A stretch of 63,784 nt of DNA, the filler included, from Intoshia linei (Eukaryota; Animalia; Orthonectida): assembly GCA_001642005.1 (NCBI GenBank). It is 5 parts of 5 records of this genome, joined end to end, with 100 filler letters (N's around TTAATTAATTAA, not from the genome) between each part and the next. Parts side by side here need not be neighbours in the genome. Positions count along the whole stretch, not along the records: positions 6,182 to 25,217 come from LWCA01000751.1; positions 25,318 to 45,498 come from LWCA01000699.1; 3 more parts are not named here. The stretch is one strand, 5' to 3'. The notes below the pieces were generated by a model. The model had not been told where the DNA came from and searched no databases. It was given only the letters and a program-made list of their open reading frames with translations. The stretch's first letter is position 1; each line of letters begins with the position of its first letter. Shown piece by piece: positions 20,301 through 32,448 of this stretch. The position numbers were made by a program, and so were the translations under genes.

Positions 20301-21060
20301 CATGTTAAAATAAAATATAACTGAACATTACAATCACTGATGTAAGAAAATAACGAAAAAGTTAATTAAATAATCATAAGGGTTATACAACAAATGACTA
20401 TTTTCTCAAATCGATTCACAATATTATTTGTCTTATAAATTACATATATGGATACGTATTATAAGTTAGCTCCGTCGAAGGTTTAAAATGTATCTTGATA
20501 ACTTTGAATGTGGTTAAAAATAAAAGTACTAATTTGAGACTCATGTTAATGTTATAACCAATTGAGACACCACTCTAAAGTTTACACAATGATATAATGA
20601 TAATATAAATTGATCAACTTGTAAAACATTACATGTCAGTTATATCAATGATTTTTTTGTTTAATCTTTCGAATCCTGTTTTAAGCTTGGATGTGGTATC
20701 TTTCATTAAAAATGTATATTCATTTATTAATTGATAAAATTGTTCATAATTTTGACCCAACTTTTCTATGTATTTTAATATCACGCTTTTATTGTCCTAA
20801 AAATATAAATTAGCTCTTTCAATTTGTATTTTGTATGCCAGCTGTGGTGAATTATTTTAATATTATAAATCATATTTTTTTACAATTCAGTATTATTGGT
20901 GGAAAATCTAATGGGAACGACTATTTTGTTACTGAGAAAAACCAGAAAATAGAATACTAACAAGAATATAAAAAATTTTTGTGATTCATGATAATAAAAG
21001 GTAATTTACATAAAATTTTCCATTCCAATGTAACTTGTCTTTATCGATAAATTCAGTCAT
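11397..21060 (-). CDS. Divergent F-BAR/FCH-like coiled-coil protein; exon chain only partly resolved
   Basis: Exons 21060-21010 (MTEFIDKDKLHWNGKFY), 20796-20633, 16817-16677, 16438-16310 (YHTAVDHYNTITQNFANKI), 15165-14941 (EVYQLGEDRSITITNSLIQFC), about 14704-14570, and several small exons between 12.9 and 11.4 kb including TPPIPTK. The helical pattern resembles F-BAR domains. Some junctions at 17-20.6 kb and 12.7-14.5 kb are unresolved. Confidence 0.5.
13155..14103. mobile_element. hAT-type MITE with a nested element
   Basis: TIRs CAGAGGTTCCCAAA / TTTGAGAACCCCTG; perfect 8-bp TSD ATTTAAAC. Confidence 0.85.
13452..13990. mobile_element. Nested TAGGGG-ended MITE
   Basis: Perfect 12-bp TIRs TAGGGGTGTGAA / TTCACACCCCTA; flanks AGCCACAC / AGCC(CC)ACAC. 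Confidence 0.78.
15279..16286. mobile_element. TAGGG-ended non-autonomous DNA element
   Basis: GGCTATTCCA / TGGAATAGCC inverted termini; TSD ATGTACAT / ATGTGCAT. Confidence 0.65.
16522..16665 (-). mobile_element. 144-bp internally deleted Helitron-like copy
   Basis: Minus strand reads A|TCCTTACTTATATAA...GTCTGTCTGTTATCG...GTCAAGCTAG|T. The hairpin is missing. Confidence 0.75.
17360..19940. repeat. Cluster of nested hAT-like MITE fragments and a dispersed repeat
   Basis: TIR-like ends at 17360 (CAGTGGTTCTCAAACT), 18077, 18243, 19787-19801 and about 19860. Segment 18610-19330 is homologous to 56630-57190 and to the reverse complement of 36500-36990. Confidence 0.6.
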
Positions 21061-21422
21061 AATTTATATAATTTTACAACTATTGTATATTTTCGTACCT
21101 TTCTATTTGTTTATTCATCAATGTTTATATAGATGTATAAACATATAAAATAAACTCGAAAGATTATGTAAAACTACTGGGTTGTATATTTTTGAAAATT
21201 TATGAAATGGAGGTCTTATTTCCAAATTGCACCTAGTTGAATAGAGGTCGATTCATCCATTATTGTGAACTACTGCTCAATACAGACTAGAGCAGTGGTT
21301 CCCAAAGTGGTCCATAAGAAAAATTATAATCAAAATGAAAATTTACTGAATAACGTGAATAATTTCCTCGTGTATTAAATTTAATCTAGGTAACGATTTA
21401 ACTTAGTTCGATAGTAGTTCCC

Positions 21423-21684
21423 AGAACCGAACCTAGCAAGCTTGTGGCCACTCTTAAAATGAAAAATAACCCCTTAAAAATTTTGTAAACAAATTATAAT
21501 GTCATATAACCCTATCCACCTTTCTAAAACTCTTGTGTTGACATTTTAAATTTAACACACAAATTAGTGGATATTGAATAATTTTTTTAATGCTAAATTT
21601 AGTAAATTAAAGCCCCCATTTTAAAACAAATTTCATCTAGATCCCTCGGTAAAAGGATCTCGGATACGGTAGGTTCGGCACTGG
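21423..21684. mobile_element. MITE with CAG..CCGAACCTA termini
   Basis: CAGAACCGAACCTA ... TAGGTTCGGCACTG; inverted homologue at 24079-24356. Confidence 0.65.
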
Positions 21685-22523
21685 TACTTGGCCATAATTA
21701 TGTTTGAAATTAATAATTTTTTTTAATTACGCCATTGAAGCTACCATGTCAAAATTAATGTAAAATTTTCGATTTAAGGAGGAATATAGAATATAAATAT
21801 AAAAAATAATATATATAGATAATATATATATATACATATAGAATCAAAAAATATAAATATTACCTTTAACATTATTAGTCTAACATGCAAATACATAACG
21901 CTTATAACAGTAAAACTATCAGTACGTGCAAACACAATGATAGTAAATTAATTTTAAGGTAGCATTTTAATTTTCACCAGCTGATAATATTGACTATGAC
22001 TAAATTTACAAAGCACAATGTACAAAATATAGTAATAACTGGAGAATATAAATATACTAAGCTAGTATTACTAGCATACATAAAACTTACTAAAAAGCAT
22101 GAAAACTTAGTAAGAATGTACTAAAAAAAACTTACTAATTCCGGTTGCGCTAGTACAGACCAATACTATTACTATCAACTTTAAATGATTACTTTGGACC
22201 TAAAGTTGAGGTCTAATAAAAGAGTTTTCTTTAAATTTTAGTATCATTTGGTTTTAATTAATTAGAGAATCTGGGGCAAAGTCAAAAATATAACTTTTTG
22301 ATTAAAATATTTTAAATTGACCTTGAATAAAATCTGATTTAAAATTTTCAATTTGAAGTAAAATGATATATTGCAAATCATATATTTTTGCGATTATTGA
22401 AATTTCGATATATTTTAAATCATTTAAAATCATTTATTTGTACGATTTGAACTTAATGATTAAATATTGACATAGATGTATTGGAAGTATCTTTCATAAT
22501 ATAATTATATATAAATATTTAAT

Positions 22524-23565
22524 ATGAATTACAACGTTAAAAAATTTTGTATAATTTTAACAATCTATATTTTTGGAACAAATGCCGTTAAAGCAGGTAC
22601 TATTAATTAAAACATGAAAGTGGAAGAAATTGCTTTACCCAGTTTAATATCGCAACAGATGGATTATTTAAAAGAGACACACCCCAATCAAAAAGTTGAT
22701 TTGATACCTTATATATCACTACATTCTTCTAATTTTGTATGAAGGAGCTACAGATGAAGTGAAAAAAGCCTATGAAAATTACATTAAAATTGCACAAATA
22801 GATCGGTTTGCTAAAGGTTTTCAAGCACTCGGCAACGTGTTTCAAAGAGGACCACATGAATTTGTGATCGACGCAGGCGAATCAAATGACAATATTATAA
22901 TTAAAATGCAAAAATATAATAAAAAAGTTGTTGTTAGTGAAATAAAATACAGCTGCATATTAAAGAGTGAATCCAACAAGCCTATATTAAGCGTAAACAG
23001 TCTATTAATGTCGTTGATATATAAAATGCAAAATTATGAAAAATTATCAATGCAGTTTAATTCAAAGTGGGTTTCTGGATTGAGATTTCAGTCTGAATTA
23101 AAATATTTGGAAACACCGTTAGAGCATGCCACTTTATTGAATACTGTCAATGAGGATATCCGTATGTATTTGGTTGTTCCTCTAATATCGGATTATCATT
23201 TTGATCCATATAGAATGATCAGTTTATTAAATGCGGCTGAATAGGTCAAAGTATATTTAATTATCCCAGAATATCGTATTCCAATCACAATTAGTACAGA
23301 TGTGTATGATTAAAAACAATTTTATCCAAACGAAACTGATATTAGTTTTTTTAATACCAAAACTCAATGGTGTAATAATTTTCATACTTCGTTAAGCCTA
23401 TTTATGGTGTCGTCGGATAATAAATCGTGTAATGACTATGTGGCCATGAGATTTCATGGTGCAAAAAAGATGCATATTAATCGTCCATTTTATACAATAA
23501 TGGTCTTAGCCAACGAAGAGGATGATGTTATCTTATCTTTGGCGTATATTCAAAACACAATTTGA
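22524..23565 (+). pseudogene. Secreted serpin-like gene with a frameshift and in-frame stops
   Basis: Signal-peptide-like MNYNVKKFCIILTIYIFGTNAVKA; LYEGATDEVKK; MQFNSKW; MYLVVP; VKVYLIIPEYRI; C-terminal serpin-signature-like MHINRPFYTIMV...VILSLAYIQN then TGA. Lesions: TAA at 22608, frameshift near 22720-22735, TAG at 23242, TAA near 23310. Confidence 0.8.
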
Positions 23566-23958
23566 AGCATAAGGTTCTTTAAACTTGTTTATTATAATTT
23601 TAAAATAATTTATGAATTGTTCTAAATGTTACCAAATAAACTCGTCGGAATACTAAAATTGTTTTTTTTTATGGTGATAGCTAACCCAAACTCTGGTTGA
23701 GTTGATTTTGATCAATTTAATAAAACTAATTGAAATGTGGACTTTATAAATTTCTAAGACGGGTAATTATTGAAATAAACGATAACACACACAGACAAAC
23801 AAAACATATTATATAAGTAAAGATTATACTATAAATTTAAAATTTTATAAAATCATCTACGTAAACTCGGTTAAAGATTTAGTTACCCATAGATTGAAAA
23901 CATCCGTTCTCAAAAAAGAGAAATGATTAAGTAAAAATGTTTATTCTTTATTCCGTAC

Positions 23959-25123
23959 CAAACAATTCATTCTGTAAAATATTCGCTCTTTCTTCCAAGG
24001 AAAATATTTGTTGTTTTAATGAAGAAATTGTCGATTCCATATACTAAAAGTAATACATTCAAAAAAAATCAAAATAAACAGTGCAGAACCTACCGTACCG
24101 ATATCTTCACCGAGGGAAAGGGCTGTACAAAATTTTAGTAAAATGGGTGCCCAATTTTTCCAAATTAAGCATTAAAAAACATTATTGAATATAAAACTAT
24201 TCTAAATCTACTTTATATCTGTGTTCAATTTAAAATGCCAAGTAAAGAGCTTTATAGATATGAATAGGGTATATAAAACCATGCAGCGTTTGCGAAAATA
24301 TTTTATGGTCCATTTTTCAGTTTTGGATGACCTCTAGCTGGGTATGTTCGGCTCTGATAAAAAATGAAACATGACCTTCCAACATATACGACAAATGTGT
24401 CAATTTTTATAAATTTCATTAAAAATATTTAGAAACTATTGCAAAAATACATTTTCGGGAGTATGTTCCCCCACAGGTATAAGTCTTATCCAAGAGGTAT
24501 AAATTGGGAGGGATCTTCTGGGTATATTTAAAAAAGTGAAAGGGCGACTTCGCATCAATTTTATTTTTATTAAATTTACTTTTTTATCCGTACAATTTAC
24601 GTTCAATGTTGATAATAATTGGTTTGATTGATTTTTCATACTATTGTTCTAAATTTTAATTATACAATACGTATGTTAAACCAAAGTTTTTTTATTACCT
24701 CTTTCATAAGTTGGGTCATTTCAGTAATAATATTCGTCTTTTCTTTATTTAAATTTTCATTTTCTATCGTTTTTTCCTAAAAGTGCATTTAAAATTAACA
24801 TTACATTGTAGTATTCAGCGATGTATTGTTAGAGCATGGGTTTTTAAACCTTTTTCTACTTGGCACCCCTTCATTCCATAGAATTCGATTTGGCGCCCCA
24901 GAAATGTAATAAACTTAAAGTCGAAAAAAGTTAATGATATAACTACGTTAACAAAAAATTGCTAACTGATATGATTAAAAAGGGCATTAAATTTGAAATT
25001 AGAAAAAACCTTTAAACATAAAAAACACTGTGGTTTATACGATATATCAATATAATTTATTTTAGTATCGATTAATATTAACCGATTTCATTTTTTTGAT
25101 AAATGCTTTGTAGTAGCTATTTA
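23959..25123 (-). CDS. Internal exons of a coiled-coil protein (weak resemblance to CCDC153/DRC12); 5' end lost at the gap
   Basis: Exons 25123-25083, 24776-24699 and 24043-23959 splice in phase: NSYYKAFIKKMKS|EKTIENENLNKEKTNIITEMTQLMKE|YMESTISSLKQQIFSLEERANILQNELF. Confidence 0.5.
24079..24356. mobile_element. Inverted copy of the 21423 MITE
   Basis: CAGTGCAGAACCTACCGTACCGATATCTTCACCGAGGGA is approximately the reverse complement of 21642-21684; ends TATGTTCGGCTCTG. Confidence 0.65.
24835..25070 (+). repeat. Dispersed hAT-like MITE fragment; second copy at 36148-36325
   Basis: Shared CATGGGTTTTT(A)AACCTTTTTCTA.TTGGCACCC and TAAATTTGAA..AGAAAA..CTTT.AACATAAAAAAC.CTGTGG. Confidence 0.65.
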
Positions 25124-25217
25124 CTAAAGATATATTGATACTATATGTTACTATACTGTCCAATAGGGTGTCAACATTTTACATTTTTTTTAGATTTTGC
25201 TTGCCGCTCAGGGCTAA

Positions 25218-25317
25218 NNNNNNNNNNNNNNNNNNNNNNNNNNNNNNNNNNNNNNNNNNNNTTAATTAATTAANNNNNNNNNNNNNNNNNNNNNNNNNNN
25301 NNNNNNNNNNNNNNNNN
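25218..25317. other. Artificial 100-nt gap spacer
   Basis: Same N44-TTAATTAATTAA-N44. Confidence 0.98.
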
Positions 25318-26071
25318 TTAATGTAATCAAATAAACTTTTTAATTTTGTTAAAAAAACATTACTTATGAAAGGACCTAATATTGTATGAATGAAGTTATT
25401 TTTTAAAAATAAATTGATATGTTGTCTATTTTTTGTTTAAATTTCTTTTTTTCGAATACAAGCAAAAACTGCTTATATTCAAATTTTATTTAGTTAAAAA
25501 TTGCACTAAAAATCTGTATTTCAGGGGTCTGCTTATAATCGAGAAAAGACAGTAGTGCGTATATTCAAAGGATAAACAATAACAATAGTTTATTCAAGTT
25601 GATTCTATATATATTGATTATCATCAATATTCTCCAAACTCAAAAAAATTTCACCTTTAGTGTATTTCCACCCTTGAGCATTATTATAACATCATGGTAG
25701 ATTTGTAAAATTTCGCACATGTGTATAGAATCTATAGATTAATGAAATGAAAAAAATGTTCACTTGGCCTTACGGAAAATTTGAAAATTATTATTTACTA
25801 TGAAAAATATCTCCAATAAATGGTCAATATCAAATTGAAATTTTTCAAAATTCAAATTTTTTTGCGGCGCACTTGAACTTTACTCATGGCGCACCGGTTA
25901 AGAATCACTTGTCTAATGTGAAGCGATATGCAGATAAAAATCGAACAGATTCAAAAATAATACAATTTTCATAAAAATTTGTTGACATGAAGATGCTCTC
26001 AATAATGTTTATAAAGTTAGTTTATGTTATCTTAGTGATATACAATTGACCGCGTTAATTTAAATTTAGAA

Positions 26072-29000
26072 ATGAATGGCAAAATAAATGGAAACGAACC
26101 AGATAGAGTAAAAGTTATAGTTCGGTATTGAAAAAACTGATATGAAGGATAATATAATTTTAGAATTCGACCTCAAAATGACAGAGAAAAGTTAACTTTT
26201 TCTCAAATTTGCGTTACACATCATTATGATAATAATCAAGTTGTTATCGGAAATGATAGATGTTTTACCTTTGACAAAGTATTCGGACCAAATGCAACAC
26301 AGGATTCAATTTATCATTCTATATGTGAACCACTCATCGATTCATGCTTAAAAGGGTATAATGCCACTATATTTGCTTATGGTCAAACTGGGTCCGGCAA
26401 AACATATTCAATGGGAACATGCTTCGATATTTGTAGTTCACCCGAAGAAGAAGGTATAATACCTAGAGCTGTTTCCTATTTATTTGAAAAAATTGATATA
26501 ATGAAAAAACCAGACAAAGATAATATAAGTTACATAATCACTGTAAACACCGAATTTATTGAGGTTTGTTTTTAAATATTGTATACTATACTACATGCTA
26601 GTAAAACTACATTGTTATCAAAAGTGATGGAAAACCTCACGTCCGATTTAAGTTTTGTTTAAATTAATGTTTTATTATTTCTCCAATCATGTTTCAAAAA
26701 TAGTCCCTGATATGTTCGGGATCATGTTAAAATTGTATCGGTTATTATAAATTTGAATTAAGTATTGAAAATTTCTTTGATCTATTTGAAATTTTGAATT
26801 ATTATTTAATACTAATAAAAAAAATATTTTTTAACTTTTTGTGACAGTAAAAATTCAACATTATACTAATCTCGTCAATGTTGTAGTGAACATTATTTCT
26901 AAGTTGATGAATTTAATTTTTGATGTTTAGATATATAATGAACAAATTATTGATTTGTTGGATGACACCAAACTAGAAAATGAAACAAAACGACGCACTC
27001 ATAGAATCCATCAAGACGCAAATGGGAATATTTATACTGTTGGAATATCTAGAAAACTAGTTAATAGAGCATTGGACACAATGAACGTATTAAAAATAGG
27101 GGCATTAATCCGAACTACTGCGAGTACAAATATGAATAAGAGTAGTTCGAGATCCCATGCAATTTTTACAATTCACCTAAAAATTGTTCAATCCTGTGAA
27201 TCCACAATAAAAGCTACTTATACATCAAAATTCAATTTTGTTGATTTAGCTGGGTCTGAAAGACTAAAGAGAACCGGTGCAATTGGAGATCGGAGAAAAG
27301 AAGGCATTTCCATAAATTTAGGTTTGCTAGCATTAGGAAATGTTATATCGGCTTTAGGTGATGAAACCAAACTTGGTTCGCATGTCCCCTATAGAGATTC
27401 TAAACTGACACGCCTTTTACAAGATTCTTTGGGTGGTAATAGTAAAACCCTAATGATTAGTTGCATTTCTCCATCTGATATTGACTTGACAGAAACCTTA
27501 AATACCCTTAAATATGCTAACAGAGCGAAAAACATTAAAAATACTATATCTGTTAACCAGGATGCTTCAAGCAAAACTATTGAAGATTTGCAATGCAAAA
27601 TTATTGAATTACAACACAAATTGGATAACCCTGAACTCTGTTCATCTTGCGGTGGATCGTTTTCTAATCCAAATGTCGATTTCAACGAAAAGAACAAACA
27701 GATTAATGTTCTCAATGTTGAAATCAAAGATTGCTATTCAAAAATTAAATATTTCAATTCAATATTCAACTCTCTTCCTCCCAACGTTTTGGAAACCTTG
27801 AATTCTAATTTTATCGATGGCAAGGACAAAAATGTAGCAGTTAAACGAAAAAAATCAAAATATGACAGAGAAATAAAAAGTGATACAGAGTGTGAATCGA
27901 ATATTAGTCCCAAGGTTATTAATAAATCGCCACGTTTCAAAACATCTACTCAGTCTTTAACCAGCAACAAATCAGACAGTGATTATTCAATTGAAATTGA
28001 CGTCGAACCTGATATGCCGCATAATTTGCAGGACAATTTGGACACGTTGAGTAAGGATATTCTTTTCAAAGAAAAGTTAATTAACCAATTGGAAGAATCT
28101 GAATCAAAATTGAAAAGTTTGCGAACATACTATGAAGAAAAAATTGAATCCATCAAAAATAAAATGCAAGAAGCCGAAATTGAACGAAATCAAATTATTC
28201 AAAAAATGGGTAAAACTGATAAAAATTCTAATGATGCTGCAAGGTTTAAAATTATGGAAACTGATTATAATGAAAAAATTAATTTAATGAAAAACCAAAT
28301 AAAAATTTTACAAACTAAAAAAAGAACCGGTTCATCAGATGAACAATCGACTATAAAAATAAAACTACAGAGGGAAGTGACGAATCTTAAAACGGAAAAA
28401 GTTAACCTTTTAAAAAAGATTCGCAAAGAAGCAGCAAAACGGCGAAGCATTGAAAAACTTCACACTCGCATGCAAGCTAGGTTTGTTAAAAATACTAGAA
28501 TGAAAGAAAATAAAATCAAAGCATTGACAAATATTTGCGATCGAAAGGACTATTTTCTTAAAAGAAAGCAAATGGAAATTGAAAACATTCGAAAGCGGAG
28601 TAGAATACGCAATATAATCCCCACAAAAGTTATTCAGAGTGTTGATGTCATTATCCAAAATATTGATAAACTTTCTCTCCTAATTGCGAAAAAAAAAGTT
28701 CGTTATAATGAATTGGAAAAAGATATGAATCTTTGGTGTACAGAACGAAACACTCTTGTTTCTCGTTTAAGTGATATTCACAATAAGAAATTACAAGATA
28801 AAACAGAATCTGACCTAGTTTCTGAGTCTATTAAACCTACCCTTGAATTTACACAGGAAAAAATAAAATATTATAGTAATTCTATATTACAACAGGAAAG
28901 ATGTATAAAAAATTGTGAAGCTCAACTGGCTTCTGTCATATGTAACATTAAGAAATGCAACTATACTCCATGTCTAGAAAAAATTATTCAAAATTCCATA

Positions 29001-32000
29001 AAAGCCAGTGTGGTGCAAACAATATCAAATATGACAATTAATAAAATGTCGCAGAAATTACATCACCATAAAAAACGACATGAACTTCAGAGACACGATT
29101 TGATGTATTTAACAAGAAACATGTCTTCTGATGATAAGGTTCAATTTAATCAAACATTTATCGATGATGAAAACTGCTCTTCATCAGAATCTGACGATTC
29201 AGTAAATAGTGTCGCTGAAACTATCATTATTAGTAGAAATAATGATCAATGTTTACCCAGGGAAGCTAATTTACCCGAAGTGGATACGTTATTCACTAAA
29301 TATGATAAAAACAGAGCCAACACCAGAAAAACTTTTGTAAATTTAAAAATAGAAACAACTGATATTAAAGATGCTGAAAATTTAAAGGAATATTTTGTTG
29401 AACCTGAAAAAATGCAAATGAAATTAAATTCCACCTTCTCTTTAAATTCTTGTGAAAAATCCATTGAAAACACTAATATAATTGACAAATCTATTATAAT
29501 TACCGAACTAAACGAGCACGATATCAATGCACTCGATGATACGTCTATTTTTGAACACAAGATGGCTGACAAAGTTAAAAACGAAGACATTCGTGAAGAG
29601 AGGTCTCAGAGTGACGAAAGAAGTTGTAATAGAAATATAGACGTATTTTCCAGGTTAACAGCAACAACAGTTTCCAATGTACCCAACAGCCAAGGTAAAA
29701 TTTCCACTTTATCTCAACAATCTAAACCAACTTCTGTACTCCGTGAAATTCATCAAGCATTTGGTCATTCTAAACCGGTTTCAGATGTCTGCGCCACACT
29801 TTCAAAAATGTTTACAGCAAGTAAAGATAGGTCTGCTAAAATGTGGGATTTAACTACAGGGAACGAAATTTCTTCATATAGTCATCATTTGAATAATGTT
29901 TCTTTGGTCAGATTTATTGAACCAATGAATTTGTTAATTTCAGCTTCCAGTTATAAAATGAATTTATGGGATATTAGAGCAAACGACGCTAAACCTGTTC
30001 AAATATTACTTTCTTCTGGAATGCAACAAGATCCATTAAATTTAAAAATTGATTGTGAAAATCGACAATTGTCAAATTGTCCACCTAAAGAATGTCACAT
30101 TAATGATGTGTCTATTGATTCTAGTTATAGATGGATATTTAGTACAGCAGGATTGATCATTAGACATTGGGACATGCGATCCTTGAAAGTGATTGGAAAA
30201 TTGTATGGTGGGTATAAAGGATTGGTCACTGCTTTAACAACATCACAGAACGTTCATACAAAAGAAACAATCGTTGCTTCTGGTTCTAAAGATCACCATT
30301 TGCGTATTTTCAAATTAAATGCAAATTTCGAACATAATACAGGAATACTCATGGCCGAGGGTTCCTTGTACCCACCGCATTATGATGGGATTGAATCACT
30401 ATTGATCAATGAAGATAAATTGTATAGCTGTTCACGTGATAAAGGTTTACGAGAATGGTCTTTGAATACTGGCTACAATCTGTTACAATCCAAACAAAGA
30501 TGTCATGACGATTGGATTTGTGGTCTCGGATTTTTGAAAAATATTAACCTCAATATTTCAGACGATTATATTGCAAATGATATTCTCCTCAGTGTATGCC
30601 GTGGTGGGTACATCAACATGTGGAACACTGATGTTATAAATAAAATAGAATCTGTTCATGCTCATGATTCAGCTATAAACAGTATTGCTACCAATTCAGA
30701 AAATTTTATATTCACTGCATCCGAGTATATTTTTATCTTCTAGTGTTAATGTGTTTAATATTTTATAATGAGTTAATCGTTAGTTTATGGTTTGCATGTG
30801 AAGGTGACACTGAGTCATAAATGGATAAAAATTTATAAATTTTTTTAAAAATGAGAGTAGCAAACCTTCATTTGAGCGACATAATCATATTATTGATTTT
30901 TTCACCCAATTTTTAAAGATTTGAAGATAATTTTTCGACCAAAATTGAGTAAAAAAATCAATAATATGATAAATTAGTAAAATCGATAATTATGTCGCTT
31001 TCGACTCCTTTACTAGAGGACCTCTAGAGTCTAGAGAATGGGCGTCGAATAGAATATTATAAAATAATATTTAGAAATTTCTCTGTATTTGTATAACTCT
31101 AGACAACAAAATGAAAACTTTTTTCGAGGATCTGCATGAGACCCATACAAATAAAAAGCTGAAATTTTCCTGATCAACATGATACTTCTTTTTTTAATTT
31201 TACAGTTCACTATCAAAAGATAATGATTAACAACATCATAGCAACTAAGCTATTTTAATTAATTTTAGTTTCTTAATTTTTAATTGAATTATAGTATATA
31301 ATGAGATATTTAAAATTTTTTTTCAATATATATGGAATTGATAGCGGATAATTACATGATAACATTTAAATTAAAAAGAAATGAATATTAAATAAATTAC
31401 AGGTGTACAAAAATTTAACTGACGACAGGCGCTTTAATAGGATGAACATCTGATATGAGCTATAATGAACGTTTTAACAATACATTCTAGTGTCTAAATC
31501 CAGATTTAGTTCGATATTTTTAGCTATTGATATTTAGAAAAAAATATATTAATAAATTTAATTTTTTTTCATTTAATTTATCAGTATACATTGAAACAAC
31601 TGTTTCTTGAGATGATAATGGCTGGGATGATGAAACTAAATTATATACTTCCATTGGAATTGGTAAAGTTGAACTTATGGTGGCCGGATAAGAGTAAACG
31701 CTTAATTTATTTGTTTTCTTCTTTTCAGAATACAGAAATAGCAGTCATTTGCACTTTCTGAATGTTCCCATGTTCTAAGTGTCACAAATCGCTTTTTAAA
31801 TCTCATTATAGACGAATGGCACGTTTGATATAGATTTGAGGGATTTCAAAGTTGAATCTCGTATATTATTTGTATATTTGCATTATCAAATTTTTACATT
31901 TATCAGTTATAGAGTAACATTTTTTAGTGTTTGGCAAATATACACCACACAAAAGCAATAATGTTTCGTTTATTTCGTAGACATGCATTTTAAATTTATA

Positions 32001-32448
32001 AATAAATATTCAAATTTAAAAAACTTTATCTTATTTAAAGTAAACAGTATTTTGAATGATATAATTGGTCAATTTTAGAATTGAAGTGAAACTTTGTTAT
32101 ATTTTTTTTAACATTAAAAGTGTGAATAAATGGGTTATATGAACTAAAATTTATAAATATATTATATCATTAAAATCAGCGCTAGATTATCCACAAGATG
32201 GTATTATTTTTATGCAGATGTATTTTTCAGTGTTGTCTAGTGTAATACATTTTATGTTTGTCCTTTTAAATTGTAAATTAGAGTTTATACTATTTTTTCA
32301 GGTGGACCGGGAACTTAATTTTTGTTTTAATTGTACAACCATTATTTGAAAATCTGGTTTATTTTTTTAAAATGGTTTTTAAAATTATTTATAATTATTC
32401 TTTTATAGGGATTACACCGTCAAAATTTGGAAGTGTATTCATGAATAA
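26072..32448 (+). CDS. KIF21: Kinesin-4 family motor with C-terminal WD40 repeats (KIF21A/B-like)
   Basis: Exons 26072-26124, 26164-26563, 26931-30724, 32409-32448. Motifs VRIRP, YGQTGSGKT (P-loop), SSRSHAIF, VDLAGSE, HVPYRDSKLTRLLQDSLGG, long coiled coil, VFSRLT, and WD40 repeats ending TASE|DYTVKIW. Confidence 0.96.

Noticed and set aside
20446-20455. U12-type intron donor (GTATCC on the minus strand)
   Set aside because: Lacks the full RTATCCTT consensus, and I found no matching branch point or phase-consistent exon.
22524-23565. TAA/TAG reassignment suggested by the serpin
   Set aside because: DPP9, KIF21, GUK1, APEH and DNAAF4 end in TAA at their expected C-termini, their exons have no internal TAR, and the serpin also has a frameshift.
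27389-29590. Antisense and alternate-frame ORFs over KIF21 (also over KMT2C and the dispanin-like genes)
   Set aside because: Shadow ORFs of real exons, with no motifs.
31011-31036. CTAGAGGACCTCTAGAGTCTAGAG resembling a vector polylinker
   Set aside because: Imperfect match, no flanking vector sequence; a short chance palindrome.
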